Position numbers and translations under genes: made by a program. 64,000 nucleotides of DNA from Bispira polyomma (lineage: Eukaryota): NCBI GenBank assembly GCA_965649765.1, contig OZ287756.1, positions 29,388,001-29,452,000 of the forward strand, written 5' to 3'. Below, piece by piece: positions 37,277 to 50,286 of the stretch; position 1 is the first letter of the stretch, and the number at the start of each line of letters is the position of its first letter. The notes under the pieces were generated by a model that worked only from the letters and a program-made list of their open reading frames with translations, was not told the DNA's origin and made no database searches.

Positions 37277-39332
37277 TGTATATGTTACAGTAAATATGTG
37301 AAATCAGTAAGTACACGTATTTACTAAAATTTTCAGTAAATATGCGTATTTACTGATTTAGTCAGTAAATATGCGTAATCCCTAAAAATTTCAGTAAATA
37401 TGTGTCATAATTCGGCCGCCTGTCATAAATCGGCCACCACACAATAAATGTGTCGTAACTTCAATTGAATTAAGTTTATTTGCCTAACAATACTGTAGTT
37501 TTTTTAATATTAGTAATATAATTATTTTACTCTAACCCTATGGTCCATTTCTTCCCTACAAGTCTTTAATTACCATTTAAAATTTCACGGCCGATTTAAA
37601 ACAGGTGGCCGAATTATAACCAGAGGCAGTACTTACTGGTTTCAGGCCTGCATTATTTCACAAGTTTACTGGTTATCATTTCAGTAAACATGTGTGATGT
37701 GAAAATTTTATTCAAGAGTTTTATTTACATTTAAAAGTTACATATCAGTGTTTGGTGAATTCATCAGTTTTTCTCATGCATATGATATACATGTAGTATT
37801 ATTTGGTGGTTTGTGTTTAAAGTTATTAAAGTATCTGGATTATGTTTACTTAATCACTTTAAAGCATGCTACATCACATGTATTTTATATTTACATTATT
37901 GTTTATTCACACAAGTGTGGTCAAAATATTAGTTTACACATATTATATACAATTTGAACACTCTTATTTGTTTTACATTTAAAATTGAATAATAATAAAA
38001 CTGTGAAAATTGAATATAATTTTAAATTACTATTTTATTAAATAAAGACTAAAGGTTATAAGGTAGATTCTACTAGTTTGTAAAACTTTCTTTTGATATT
38101 ATTGTAACCAGTTAACTGTGGCTTCTATAGCATCCAAATATCATCAAAGACTCAATTACATATTTGTACAGGCCACACTAGCTTTGAAGGTAATATGATA
38201 ATTACATAAAAAGAATCCTTTACAAACCCTTCTTTTGATGTACCTAAAACTGTAAAATGTGGCTTCTGTGTAAGGTAAATATCATGATGGAAGACTCACA
38301 ATTACCTATATTAGATGCTGGTTAACCAATTATATGTGATACTTGTGGTGTTTTAAGTTTAAATACAATTACAGGTAACTTGAGATGTGGCTTCTTAGTT
38401 TAGGAAATCCATTGGGCCAGATTAAGAAGGTTCAAAATAATCACCCATTGGATTTGAAGTTAGCCATTAATTGTGCTTATCACATACTGTTGTCTATAAA
38501 TAAACACTGTTTGCCTGCTGCTATAAATTCATTTTAGATTTGTACATGTACAAAATGGCTCAGTTAAACATAGATTCAAGCATTACCAGATCTCAGTTTG
38601 AGCTTTGCACCCAAACTCTAGAAAGTGACAGTGACATCAATCAGGATCAGTGGGTCTCTTAGGGAGGCAGCAATTGAAAACTCAAGTAGTGGTGTACAAG
38701 GATTTATAAATGTAACTGTGGTGAAAATAAATGCAAAAACAATAGATGCAAGCGTTATGCAAAGCTGCAATGCAACAGCAGGTGTCACTGTAGTTTATCC
38801 TGTAAAATAAATAATGAACTTACTATTACCAACCACTTCTACATGTACATATTTTCTGTAATAATGTGATTAGTTAATTGGTGGCATTTACTGCATAAAA
38901 TATACCACATGACACGTATGTATAAGAAAATGTCATTTATATGAGCAAATCTATTACAAAAGTCATTTTCAGGTGTGAATATATATTTAGAAGACTACTT
39001 GAAACATATTGGTTTAATAAATTGGATAATATATAAAAAATACACTTGGTATAGACAACATAGTGTATATGTATATGTAATGTGCTCAAATAAATTGACC
39101 CAAATAAAGATGAACTCTTTAATAAGTTGTAAAATCACTCTTTAATAACTTGTAAAATCACCAATGTCAAAAGACTTAATGTGATGACTTAATCATCACT
39201 TGAAGAGTAATGAGACAATTCAGTAAATACGTGAAGTTACTGGACCAAAAAACCAGTAAATATGCATATTAACTGAAATTTTCAGTAAATACGCGTATTT
39301 ACTGATTTTATATATTTACTGTAACATATACA
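37277..39332. mobile_element. 2.05-kb foldback/TIR element with TIRs of at least 80 bp built from palindromic units
   Basis: TGTATATGTTACAGTAAATAT...CAGTAA.TAC.CGTATTTACT is mirrored at the right end; the repeating unit is CAGTAAATACGCGTATTTACTG. Confidence 0.85.
37404..37631. mobile_element. Small MITE nested in the left TIR region
   Basis: GTCATAATTCGGCCGCCTGTCATAAATCGGCC vs GGCCGATTTAAAACAGGTGGCCGAATTATAAC. Confidence 0.7.
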
Positions 39333-39549
39333 TAGCAAGTATTGCGAGAGCTGTCAGGTCATGTATATACCAAAATATAACAGATATTAATAGCAAAATG
39401 CTTTATTATTATTAGCAAAGAAAGATGGATTGAAATCTGAATAGATAGAATATATATGTGTATATAACTATAGTGTATTATAAGGTCGTTTACATTTGCT
39501 GTAGTAGAATATGATATATCTTAAAGATGGCTTCACAATTCGATTACCC

Positions 39550-42500
39550 TAATAATAATAATAGATGCATTTATATAGCTCAAAATTGATAAAAATCCTC
39601 TAATGCGCTGAATTCCAAAAAGGGATTGTCCATTATCAAGCGGAGGTTGTTACCAAGTAAGTGCCAACAGGGAAGTAACTAAGGTGGGGGATATGCCAGT
39701 CTGAACAAGTGAGTCTTGAGCTGGCTTCGAAAACCTGATAGTGTCTGCTGGGATCTGACATTTTGTGGCAACCTGTTCCATTCTGCCGGTACAGCGACAG
39801 CAAAGCTGTGCCTTCCAATTTTTCGTTTAGAGGAAGTGAAACAGATAGTCTATATCCATGTGTGAGGCTGCTGGACTTGATTAAGGAAGATAGGTAGGGA
39901 GATTGGGAATAGTTAATAGCCTTGAAAACTAGCAGGTTGTACTTGAAAAGGATGCGATGTTCAATGGCAAGCCAGTGGAGTTTTTGAAGGTTAGGGGTGA
40001 CATGACTGAATCTATCAAGCCTGTAAACAATGCGACTACTACCACAATGAGTTTTTTTGTGATTTTTTTATAATAAAAAGTTTTTCTATAATAGTACAAG
40101 TTTGTTTTATTCGATTAAATCCAGTAAGAAGACAGATGTAAATTGATAAACTTTATTTGGTAAATATAATTAACAAATCCATATGTAACAATCCAGTAGA
40201 TATATTTTTAGAATCTGATTTCATTCATTTTCACTTACTGATAACATAAAGATTAAAAGCATTCACTTTTAAACACACAAACACATATAACACTAATATA
40301 ATTAACACTTGTCGTGTTTATAAATTATCTCATAGTTATATTTATTTCATGCTCACTATTTTGCCTATTCTATTTCACTGTTCTGCCTATTCTGTTTCTT
40401 TTATATTATTTTCTCTCAATGCTCCTCTATTCTATACCTGAAACTTTCTTCAATTTCATCTCTATAACAATTCTCTAAGTTTTGTTTCTTCTTTTATTTC
40501 ATATCTAAATCTTCTGTTATTATCTATTTTTTTTTCTTCTTTCTACATACATTGTAACTATATATAAGGGTTGACTTCTTAGACCTTGACCACTGATTGG
40601 GTAGGGAGCTGACCAATAAGAAGTCATAACCTTTGACCAGAAAGGTCATTGGTCACTCCCACAAATTATCCAGTGTCCACTGTATAGTGAGACACTCTTC
40701 CTAATTATTGTTTCTCACTACTGAGACAGTGACATCAAAGACATACATAGAGAGATACAGATTTACACAATACAACAATACAAACATGCCCACCTTGTAG
40801 GATAGGGCAATCAGGATAGGGCAATCATTACACAATATATTTTATAACAGAGCATTTCCAGCAGGGTTACATGTACAATAAAATTATGACATCAATTGGC
40901 ACAAAGGATAAAAAGTGATATCTACTATTTCACGATAAACATAAATGACAATATGGTTTTTGAAGAAGTTTTCTATTTAAAAAGTTACCAAAAAAATCTC
41001 TGATGTGTCAGCTAATTACCTTTGATATATTTTATGACAATAAAAAATGAGGAATTAGCTTTTCAGTAAAATGTGTAGAACAATATTGTATTATTGACAC
41101 CTTGGTGTGATAAAATACATAAAATAAAAATTAGTCATAATTTTAGACTAATAACAACAATGTTAATTTTTCCAATTTCTGCATGTGTGATAAAACTTTG
41201 AAATGACTTGCCTGAGGGGGTAGTCTACAGGGTAAAAAGCAGAGTACCTAAGACAGAACCTTGGGGAACACTGAAGGGGAGAAAAAAAAAAAACTACTTC
41301 CAATTTTGATTTTTTGTTTTCAGTTTTGGAAGTAGAATTTGATCCATAGCAATACAGTCCCATCAATTCGAAACCAGTTCGTTGAACAGTCATATAAAAT
41401 GGAGTGATCGATGGTGTCAAAAGCAGCAGAGAGGTCCAGTAATGTAAGGGCCCCTGCCTTTCCCAGAGTCCACTGACGTAGCTATATAATTTAAATCTTG
41501 AGTAGAGCAGTCTCTGTGGAGTGGGAGCTCCTGTATACAGATTGGTTAACATTTGCAATACCTTCTTGGGAGATGAATCCATAAGGCTGATTAGCATTCT
41601 CAATGAGTTTTGAAATAAAACTGACATTCTCCACCGGTCTGTAGTTCTTTAGGATGTTTTTGTCTAGGCTGGGTTTCTTGAGTAAAGGGGTGACATGAGC
41701 ACGATAAACCGACTACAACTTTTGAGCAAACGGCTAGCGAAAGGGAGTCCCTGACGCACAGAACATCCTGGGTCTGGCCATAATTGTGTGTAGGGGAATT
41801 AATCAGTTGAACAAAACTGTATTGTTTAAGGGTATCATTCAATTTTAGTGATCAGGCATCTTGTTTGTCCAAACGAAAATTAAAATCGTCCAGCAGGATA
41901 TTTTCATAGCTTGACAAAGCAGCACCTTTAAGGAACAAACCTAGGTCATTCAGGAATGTGGCCTTTCAGACATTAGGTGGCCCGTACAACACGTGGATGA
42001 CAACCTCCTCAGCACTGCCGGTTGTTATCTGAACGGATGTGCTTTCAAAGGTTTTAGAGCAGGATAGCGACAGTGGCTTGAAGCACAAATCATCACGAAT
42101 AAAGAAACTAACCCCACCAATCTTCTTGATGGATCGGGGTACAAGAGTGAATTTGTAGCCTGGAGGAGTGACACTGGCGATGAGGCTTCCTGTGTCCTCA
42201 GGTTTGAGCCAGGTCTCAGTGACTGCGATAAGATCAGCCTTACTGTCCTGTACCACATCCAGGAAAGCAACAGACTTATTCCTTATGGATCTAGCGTTGA
42301 GCAGACACCCGGAGAAAAGTCTAGGATTGGGGCCAGGATTTAGACTGACGTCACCCGAAAGGATCAGCAGAAATGATACCCAAGGGGAGAGATTCCTGAA
42401 TGTGTTTGACACTATTATGCAATGATCTGGATTGCCAAAAAAGCATAGTTGATACTATTGACACATAGGTGGATGCTGGATTCAATGTGCAGTACAGTAG

Positions 42501-42700
42501 AAGGTGGGGTGGGTTTTGATGAATCAAAAGCATGAATGCCGATCAATATAAGGTAGCCGATGAAAAACAGGAGATGCATGCCTGTAACCAGGAGTACAAA
42601 CAAAAACACAAAAAATGGAATTTCTAGAATGTTGTTTGATTAAACAGAGACCGTCTGTAGTAGTGAAAAATGAAATGTCAATCACAGATATAGTGGCAAA
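39550..42700 (-). mobile_element. Decayed L2-clade LINE (APE + RT), interrupted at about 40045-41175
   Basis: LLNARSIRNK, IAVTETWL, GGV; DLSAAFDTIDH-like and VPQGSVL motifs; HVTPNLQKLHWLAIEHRILFKYNLL; tail GCGCATTAGAG...(TAT)n. Confidence 0.85.
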
Positions 42701-43500
42701 AAGAATTATATACAAAAATAAACAACTTTAAATGCCATCCGTGGTGGCAAAAAATGTCAATCACATAGAACGATCAGTAGTCGCAAAAGTGAGTATATAA
42801 ACAGTAATGACTTAAATAACATATTTTACAATTTTAAAGTTTTCTAAAGATTTCAGAACACAAGAAAGTAACATAAACTCTTTATTTTGTTGTACAAATA
42901 CAATAGCATTTCTAAAATTTACCTGTCAATTGATCCCTTCAATTTGCTTTCCAAATATATTACTTTATGTCCATGTGCTCCCCCAACTACGCAATGTTTA
43001 TTATTGAGAAGTGTCACGTGTGTGTGGTCAGCCAATCAGAATTCCTACTACAGTAATCAATGAAATCGATTCATTAACAGACATTAGGGTGAGGGAAAAT
43101 ATAAGATGTTTTGTACAAACGAGTTGGGCAATACAACTCCATCTTCTCAACCAGTGACTAGTTCAGTATTCTTGTACTCTTCAGAAACTTTATTTTGCAT
43201 CTTGATTTGTGGTGACCACTGTCACCACTTCATTCTTGTTACAAAACGGAAGGTAGAAGATACCAAACGGTAGCCACCTTAGCTGCCTGAGTAAATCCCA
43301 TCAGAGTTACTAGAATCTTACATATACTACACAACTCCCAAGACAGATGTATACCTATACACATCAGACTATTCATGATGTCTACTACAGTGACCTTTTA
43401 ACATTACCAAGTAAACCCATAATAAAAGCCATAGAGCCATACTATGACACAACAAAGCTATAGTAAAACAATACTCAATTGATTTTACTGTACAGCCCAA

Positions 43501-44313
43501 GGCTGTTCCACAGTCAAGGATGATCTGGAGCAGCCCCAATTTTTGACACCCCGGCCGTAAACCTGTAGCTCCAGGATTCATCTGAGCAGTCAGGGTCGTA
43601 ATCCTGCTAATCCGGGGATCGAATAGCACGATCGTGAAATTTGTAAACATGTTTAGAAAATGCCCCGATTTGAAACTTTACTTCCCTCTGGGCCAGGATA
43701 GTCGGGAGTACCCCTGGGTAACCATAATGCCACCCAGGATGATCTGGGTGGCATTGACGGGGTGATTTTCCCCTCCATCCCCTAAAACAACAAAATGGAA
43801 TCCTCATTGTTGTAAAGATCAACCTGGGTGGCTTTCCCGATTGTTAGGATCAACCTGGGTGACTTTCCCGGTTGTTAAGATCAATCTGGGTGGCTTGCCT
43901 GATTGTAAAGATCGCGCTTTGAGAAAAAAAATTCAACCCTCTGGAACATGGAAAAACTGACCTTTTATACCCAAATGCCTAGACAAACAGAGATCAGTCA
44001 AACAGTGTCATCAAGACTGATCTTTATGATCGAGGAGGTTACCCAGACTGATCTTTAGAGCCGGGGAGGTCATCCAGACTGATCTTTATGATCGGGGAGG
44101 TCACCCAGACTGATCTTTGTGATTGGGGAGGGTGAACCCCCTGGGACCCCAGTTATTGCATTTGAATCGTTGGGTCCTTTAAAATCACCCTTGCGTACCC
44201 CAGGATTATCTGGAGCATTTTTAAAAATTTAAGGTATTCAGAGGATTCAGCAGGATGCCACCAAGATCGTAAAAATCGGAGCTGCTCCAGATCATCCTTG
44301 ACTGTTTAACAGC
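43501..44313. mobile_element. PIF/Harbinger-like MITE, with the right end duplicated (second copy ends at about 44517)
   Basis: GGCTGTTCCACAGTCAAGGATGATCTGGAGCAGC vs GCTGCTCCAGATCATCCTTGACTGTTTAACAGCC; internal approximately 31-bp repeats (CCAGACTGATCTTTA...GGGGAGGT) at about 44010-44135. Confidence 0.7.
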
Positions 44314-44561
44314 CACATAATTATTATTTATATCAGCCACATTTTTGAAACATAACCCAGGGAGAAGGGATTTTGCCTGTGTGAAATCTAGAAAGTTCCA
44401 TTTGGAATGCATGGCGGAGTAGTTCCCTACCAATGATCTCTACCAATGGGAAAGCATTCACACAAAGCCATAAAAATGTCGGAGCTGCTCCAGATCATCT
44501 TTGACTGTGGCACAGCCACATAAATTATTTTTTTCAGCCACATTATTCAAACATAAGTATA

Positions 44562-44797
44562 CGGGGGTGGACAGCTTAGCGGACGGGACAGCGATAGCAG
44601 ACAGTATCTTAAAACATAAAAGTTGTTGCATTTAAAAAGCCATCTGTAAATTATTAGGTACTTATCACACAAATTTATTTAGTAAGACACACTTTACATT
44701 TAAAATGGGTCAGATTACTCAGTAAATGGATTAACGGTGTACATTTGAAGTTACTGTCCGCTTAGCTGTCCACTGTCCGCTAAACTGTCCACCCCTG
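44562..44797. mobile_element. Tc1/mariner-type MITE with TA TSD
   Basis: TA|CGGGGGTGGACAGCTTAGCGGAC ... GTCCGCTAAACTGTCCACCCCTG|TA. Confidence 0.8.
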
Positions 44798-46358
44798 TAA
44801 CACAGAGAGAAGGGATGTTGCCTGTGTGAAATCTAACCAATGATCTCTATGAGGGGTAAGCATTCACACAGTCATTTCCAGGGTAATGCTTCTTCCTATG
44901 ATTACTCCCTTTTATCTAACACACCGACTGAACCTGATTGTGGCCACTCATGTCAGATTCTTATTCTGAGTTTAAGAATCATCATTATTCTAAGTATAAA
45001 AACTTTAGAGAATACAGCCCCTGGGAGGCTATTGCTCATATGAGTACATTGTACTAAATTTAAGGAATACACATTTTGAATTCCTCCCAAACTAGACAAG
45101 CTCTTACAAACATGTGCCATGAACACACACTTGAAAAACACTCTGAGGAACTGGTGTTACTACAAAGTCTACTAACTATCGTAATGGGGTCAAGGCTGTT
45201 TAGTTCGTGCTACATATTACCTACTTCATACACTACAGTCATTAGAACATATAAAATATGGAATATAAATGACTGCTAGTGTCACCATTTACAAGGTGAG
45301 TTAGTACCAAAAAACCAACCCTTCGATGTATTACATGACATGTATATTTTGATGGAGTACTACAGTACATAAGGCAGCTGCTTTTTATCCATGGATTCCG
45401 CCATCAAAATAACAGTACATTAGGATATATTATGTGGTCTAATATACTATATATTGTACTCGTATATCAATACTGGTTTCCCTTGGCAACGATTATAGGA
45501 GACTGTACTTACCGCGTATACAGTATATTGTTTACTAAAGTACTTGAACTACTTGTACACTTGTGTGACTTCTCTGTGGATATCTTATACGAGTACGTTA
45601 TACAGGTGTTTTTTTTCAGGCGAGAAACTTCGTTACGATGGGCACATGGGTGGGACAGACATGGTTGTAGTCACTGTACTCTGATTGGTCAAAATCACGA
45701 TTGTACAAGGAAAATTTGTGACATTAACGGATGACAGATATATGTTCTGGAACTCAAATAAAGTTTACTTATGTATCCCTGTTTATGTATGTTGATTGTG
45801 CAAAACATTTAGCTGGCGTGTATTTAGATTGAAACAAGTGCATTCACATCATCCGTTTGCGAAATCCTTTGTAATAAAATCTTCTGGGTATTCTCCCTAA
45901 CCTGTACACATGTTCACTGTATCTTTTTTTTTAAAGACTTTCTTGTTGTCCATGAAGTATATATCTGTGTATCTTGACATGGTGATAGTACTAATACAAA
46001 ACTGACATGTTTATGAGGGTGAATTATAGTGTTCACAGCAGTATGTATATCTAAATTACTGTACAGTGTATTAACTTGAGTAGTGTATGCCAAGGCCAAG
46101 TGTAGACACTTAGTACGTACTGTACCTGGCGTTATCATTTGCACAGGGTATAGTACACAAAAATATTTCTGACATAGCAATTTAAAACTTACAAGTACAA
46201 TCGGGATTAAAGGTCACAGTAAAATCAGATGTAGCATGACGTTTTATGTGTGTCAAGTTGTGTCAATTCTTGTGCCACATTACAACTCCAGGCACTATTG
46301 TCAAATGTAACACATTATCTAATGGTGGCACATCAGTTGAAGATTTGAAACAGTACAT

Positions 46359-46360
<2 letters not shown>

Positions 46361-46436
<76 letters not shown>
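46361..46436. repeat. (AT)n microsatellite
   Basis: Visible directly. Confidence 0.98.
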
Positions 46437-46438
<2 letters not shown>

Positions 46439-46480
46439 TATACAGAAGCCTATACAGGTCATACTTAAAAGAAAAAAATG

Positions 46481-46577
46481 ATCTTGTAATTACTAGATAG
46501 TTGTTTCTCGTAATTACAAGATAGCTCTATGGCTATCTTGTAATTACGAGAAACACCTATCTTGTAATTACTAGATA
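46481..46577. repeat. Foldback palindrome with about 45-bp arms
   Basis: Arms built from TCT(T/C)GTAATTAC(A/G/T)AGA units; about 3 mismatches and a short loop. Confidence 0.85.
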
Positions 46578-46581
46578 ATTA

Positions 46582-46780
46582 TTTTTTTTGCATGATTATG
46601 CCAATGCTTATTGGCATAATCATGCTATCCTATAGAGAGGTGGGGGGGGGGGGGAGGGGATGTATAGTGAACGGACGTAGGTAACCATGTTTATTTATGT
46701 CTAAATTCTATAGACAGGGTAATGTCTGGACTTACAAGGATTTGAGCTTTTATATTTGGCATACATATGGAGTCTGTTTC
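46582..46780 (+). mobile_element. Helentron/HINE-like element end
   Basis: T-run, then a perfect hairpin GCATGATTATGCCAAT-gctt-ATTGGCATAATCATGC (46590-46625), then a G-rich tract. Family label inferred from the architecture. Confidence 0.6.
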
Positions 46781-46833
46781 AGTAACGGTCTAGAATAAAT
46801 AAAGTGATCTCATCAGCTGGTTCATTCCTAGAT

Positions 46834-47085
46834 GGGGGCCGCGGTGGCCCAGTGGTTAGCAAGCATTGCGCTTCACAATCACTGGTCTCTCACCTCTGGG
46901 CGGCGTGAGTTCGAATCCCGTCGATGCCTATGTGGGAAAGGTGGTAGTTCCTTACTGTGGGCCGCTGGTTTCTCTGCAGAACCTTGACCGACTGTATGCA
47001 GTGTTTCCTCCAGCGTTTCCAACTACCCGTCCCAATATAACCTACTAAAAGGTACTAGAGTGGACGTTAAATATCCAAATTCAAA
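46834..47085 (+). mobile_element. SINE family A, best-preserved copy
   Basis: Pol III A box TGGCCCAGTGG and B box GTTCGAATCC; 15-bp TSD GGTTCATTCCTAGAT at 46819-46833 and 47086-47100. Confidence 0.93.
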
Positions 47086-49354
47086 GGTTCATTCCTAGAT
47101 AGTTTTTCGTTGTTTTTGTGAATGAAAGTAAAGTACATAGTAAGGCCACATGATCTTCCGAGCATGCACAATGAAACGATTGATACATCTTCCTAATTTA
47201 TTCTCACAAAGGTGAAAAAAAAAAGGTTTACTTTTGGTTAATCAATACACGCAAAATGTTGTTAAAACCTTCCAATGATCGAGATATTTTCTTTGATGTT
47301 ATTGCAAACAGCTACAAATTGTTTATATAGAAGCATATAAGAGTAATGTTATTTTTTTCTAAAAGTTTCAGAAAGTGTTTAAATTACTCTTTAGGGACAT
47401 ATCAATCTTTAAATTGTAGTTTTACTGGTAGCTTCCTTGATTTTGTATATATTTGTGTTCTCACTCGCAAGAACTAAAACCCAGACATTACGTCATTGAG
47501 TAGTAGGTCATATCAATGAATTGGTGTCGCTAAAATATCCTGCAAAAAACAGTATTTTTACTTAATATTTTACTGCATTATATGGTCTATCTTCATCAAT
47601 ATTTTACCTTAAATTTTCGTTTTTGTATAACCAGAAAGGTTATTTTGTGCTTTTCAACAGTCTAAACAGTTTCCAGATACAACAAATATTAGTTGAGCTT
47701 TGTGAAGAAATCGTTGTCAAAATCTCAAAAGTTTTAAGATAAATAGGCATTGGTCAAATTATGATGTCTCTGTAATTATTTAAGCTAAAATTTTATATCA
47801 TGAAACAGCAATTAATACACTTTCTGGTCCTCTTTACAGAATAAAATTTCATTGAATATTGACCGAGATAGTAGTCTTTATATTATACATACATATTTTA
47901 CTGTGAATTCTATTTGGCAGTCATTTTTTTTAATTGTCGCGAAAAATCTGCATATACCGAATGATCACCCAGTCAATATATATATGAAAATGAGCCGAGA
48001 TCTGTTACAAAGTGTGATTAAACTTCAAAATAAATAAAAATTAAAATGGTAAAATGGCAGTTTATTACTTTTAAAATGAAGTCTGCATCCTAATGGGTGA
48101 ATTGTATGTTTTATTTTGCATCTGGTAACGAAAATCGAGACTCCATATAACCACTACTCCACTTGAAAAAATGGACTTCAAACTTGAATAATATGCAGTA
48201 AAATATGTGACAACACTTCACGACTCTGTTATAAAATGACAAAAAGGCGAAAACCCCAAATAGCAGCAAGTACACTTAATTTGTTTATTATTTAATTTTA
48301 ATGAAAACCCGAGAGCCGTGAGCGATAATAAGAAGCTTTTCATTTATCAGACGACCGCTAACTGGTTCACGTCAAAGTAACTTGCTTTGTAGTGGCATTA
48401 TCATGATATGGCCGCCAGGCCATTCTCCTCTTGTTTTTAATATGTGAGCTGTATAGGCTTCTGTACTCTTTGTAGGAGTATCAATTTTAAACAGAATTTT
48501 AGCAATTCAAACAACAGAAAATAATAATTGATTTAACAGAATATAAATAGTATAGTATGTGTGTTTGGTCTATCGTTAAAAACAACATTTGCAATGATTT
48601 ATAATAAAACCGTTATACGTTACACAGGCGTTAACTGGTCTGCCACAACTACTATTAATACATAAGTGTGATAATGAGGTTGTGGACAACATTGGCCTTT
48701 TTTTAGGTATTGATAACAAGCTTGTGGTTTAGAAACAAGTTAGACTTCATATGTATATATATTCCTGTGTCTGGCAAATCCAGGAACTTTCACATACAGG
48801 GTATTTGTAAAGTCTGTTGGAGACAAATGTTTACAGCACGTATGTCAGTATTTTACCAATACCTTACTGTAGGATTTAGTTTTTTGTATTTATCTAGCAT
48901 AGCTGTATATTTCCATGCTGTCCACCCATGTAGGACTTTACAACATACAAAACGGATGTTTAATGCCAGCAATAGATTGACGTGTTGGAGAACGAACAAG
49001 TGTCAAAGTGATGCTTCACGGGGGTACAAGAAAAGTGTACAAGGAGGTATGTTATCCATACATTACAGAAAACCCTCTATTATCTGTACAACTCTGGAGT
49101 TTCAAATACATAAGTAAAAGTAATAAGATGCAAAAGAAGGTTGTATAATATACTAGGCCCACTGTATCATCAAAAATAAGATGGTATAGTAGGTTATTGG
49201 GTGTGTAAATTTGCATATAAATATTGGTTCTGCTGGGTTTTGAACCTGGGCTGTTACAGATCTTGAGATTAGTAGGCAAGTACATTAACAGTTGAGCGAA
49301 AGAGGCTAGAAGCCGGAGTGTGTAATGTGCTGATATACACAGATATATCATGTC

Positions 49355-49670
49355 TCTCCCTCACGAAGACCTGATCTCAGGTCTTATACTACTACCACAT
49401 TTAATAAAAGTTTTGCAAATGATGCCCCTACCCTATGGAATAGTTTGCCTCAACACATTAGGACAGCTCCGTCCCTGTATTCCTTCCGGCGCAGTTTAAA
49501 GACCTATCTGTTCAATGATGCATTCCCTCCATAGTCTCTTTCCCATTCTCGGTGGACGCATTGATGACGACTTCCTTCTGTTTATCACCTATGTTTTTCG
49601 ACCTTAGCTGTGGTTTTTTTGCGCCTTAGAATTCGTTACAACGAAAATAAGCGCTAAAAAAGTCTGATAT
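49355..49670 (+). mobile_element. L2 LINE 3' fragment
   Basis: KSFANDAPTLWNSLPQHIRTAPSLYSFRRSLKTYLF followed by the GCGCCTTAGA...TAAGCGC tail. Confidence 0.85.
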
Positions 49671-49750
49671 ATATATATATATATTAACTGTACTAAATCG
49701 CTTGGCTTATGAGACGGAGGATCTTGCCACTGAACTCCATCATGCAACAA

Positions 49751-49996
49751 TTTGAGTTTGAATTTGGATATTTAACATCCACTCTAGTACCTGTTTAGGT
49801 TATATTGGGACAGGTAGTTGGAAACGCTAGAGGAAACACTGGATACAGTTGATCAAGTTTTGCACTGAAACCACAGTAAGGAACTACCACCTTTCCCACA
49901 TATGCATCGACGGGATTCAAACTCATGCCGCCCAGAGGTGAGAGACCAGTGATTGTGAAGCGCAATGCTTGGTAACCACTAGGCCACCGCGGCCCC
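49751..49996 (-). mobile_element. SINE family A with 13-bp TSD
   Basis: CATCATGCAACAA at 49738-49750 and 50000-50012. Confidence 0.9.
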
Positions 49997-50286
49997 TTTC
50001 ATCATGCAACAACAGAAATAATTTGGCTCTGCTGTAAACTTATACAGAGGGTTTGGACTGCTGGGATTCAAACCTGGGCTGTCATGGATCTTGAGATTAA
50101 TAGTCCAGTACACTAACAGTTGAGCTAAAGGGTGTCCCGATATACACATATATATGTATTACAATGCTATGGTAGGTTATTGGGTGTTAAAAGGTGCCGT
50201 TTCAAAACAGCCCCTGGTATGAAAACAGTGCATAACAGAACTACCTAAATGTTAAATTTGTTGGCTTTTCAGGTATCAAAAAAACA

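Noticed and set aside
45400-45740. Promoter or first non-coding exon of the NAT16-like gene
   Set aside because: CCAAT-like and X-box-like motifs are present but short and could occur by chance; there is no transcript evidence.
46834-46925. tRNA gene
   Set aside because: A and B boxes are present, but the sequence continues into a multi-copy body with a TSD, so it is a SINE head.
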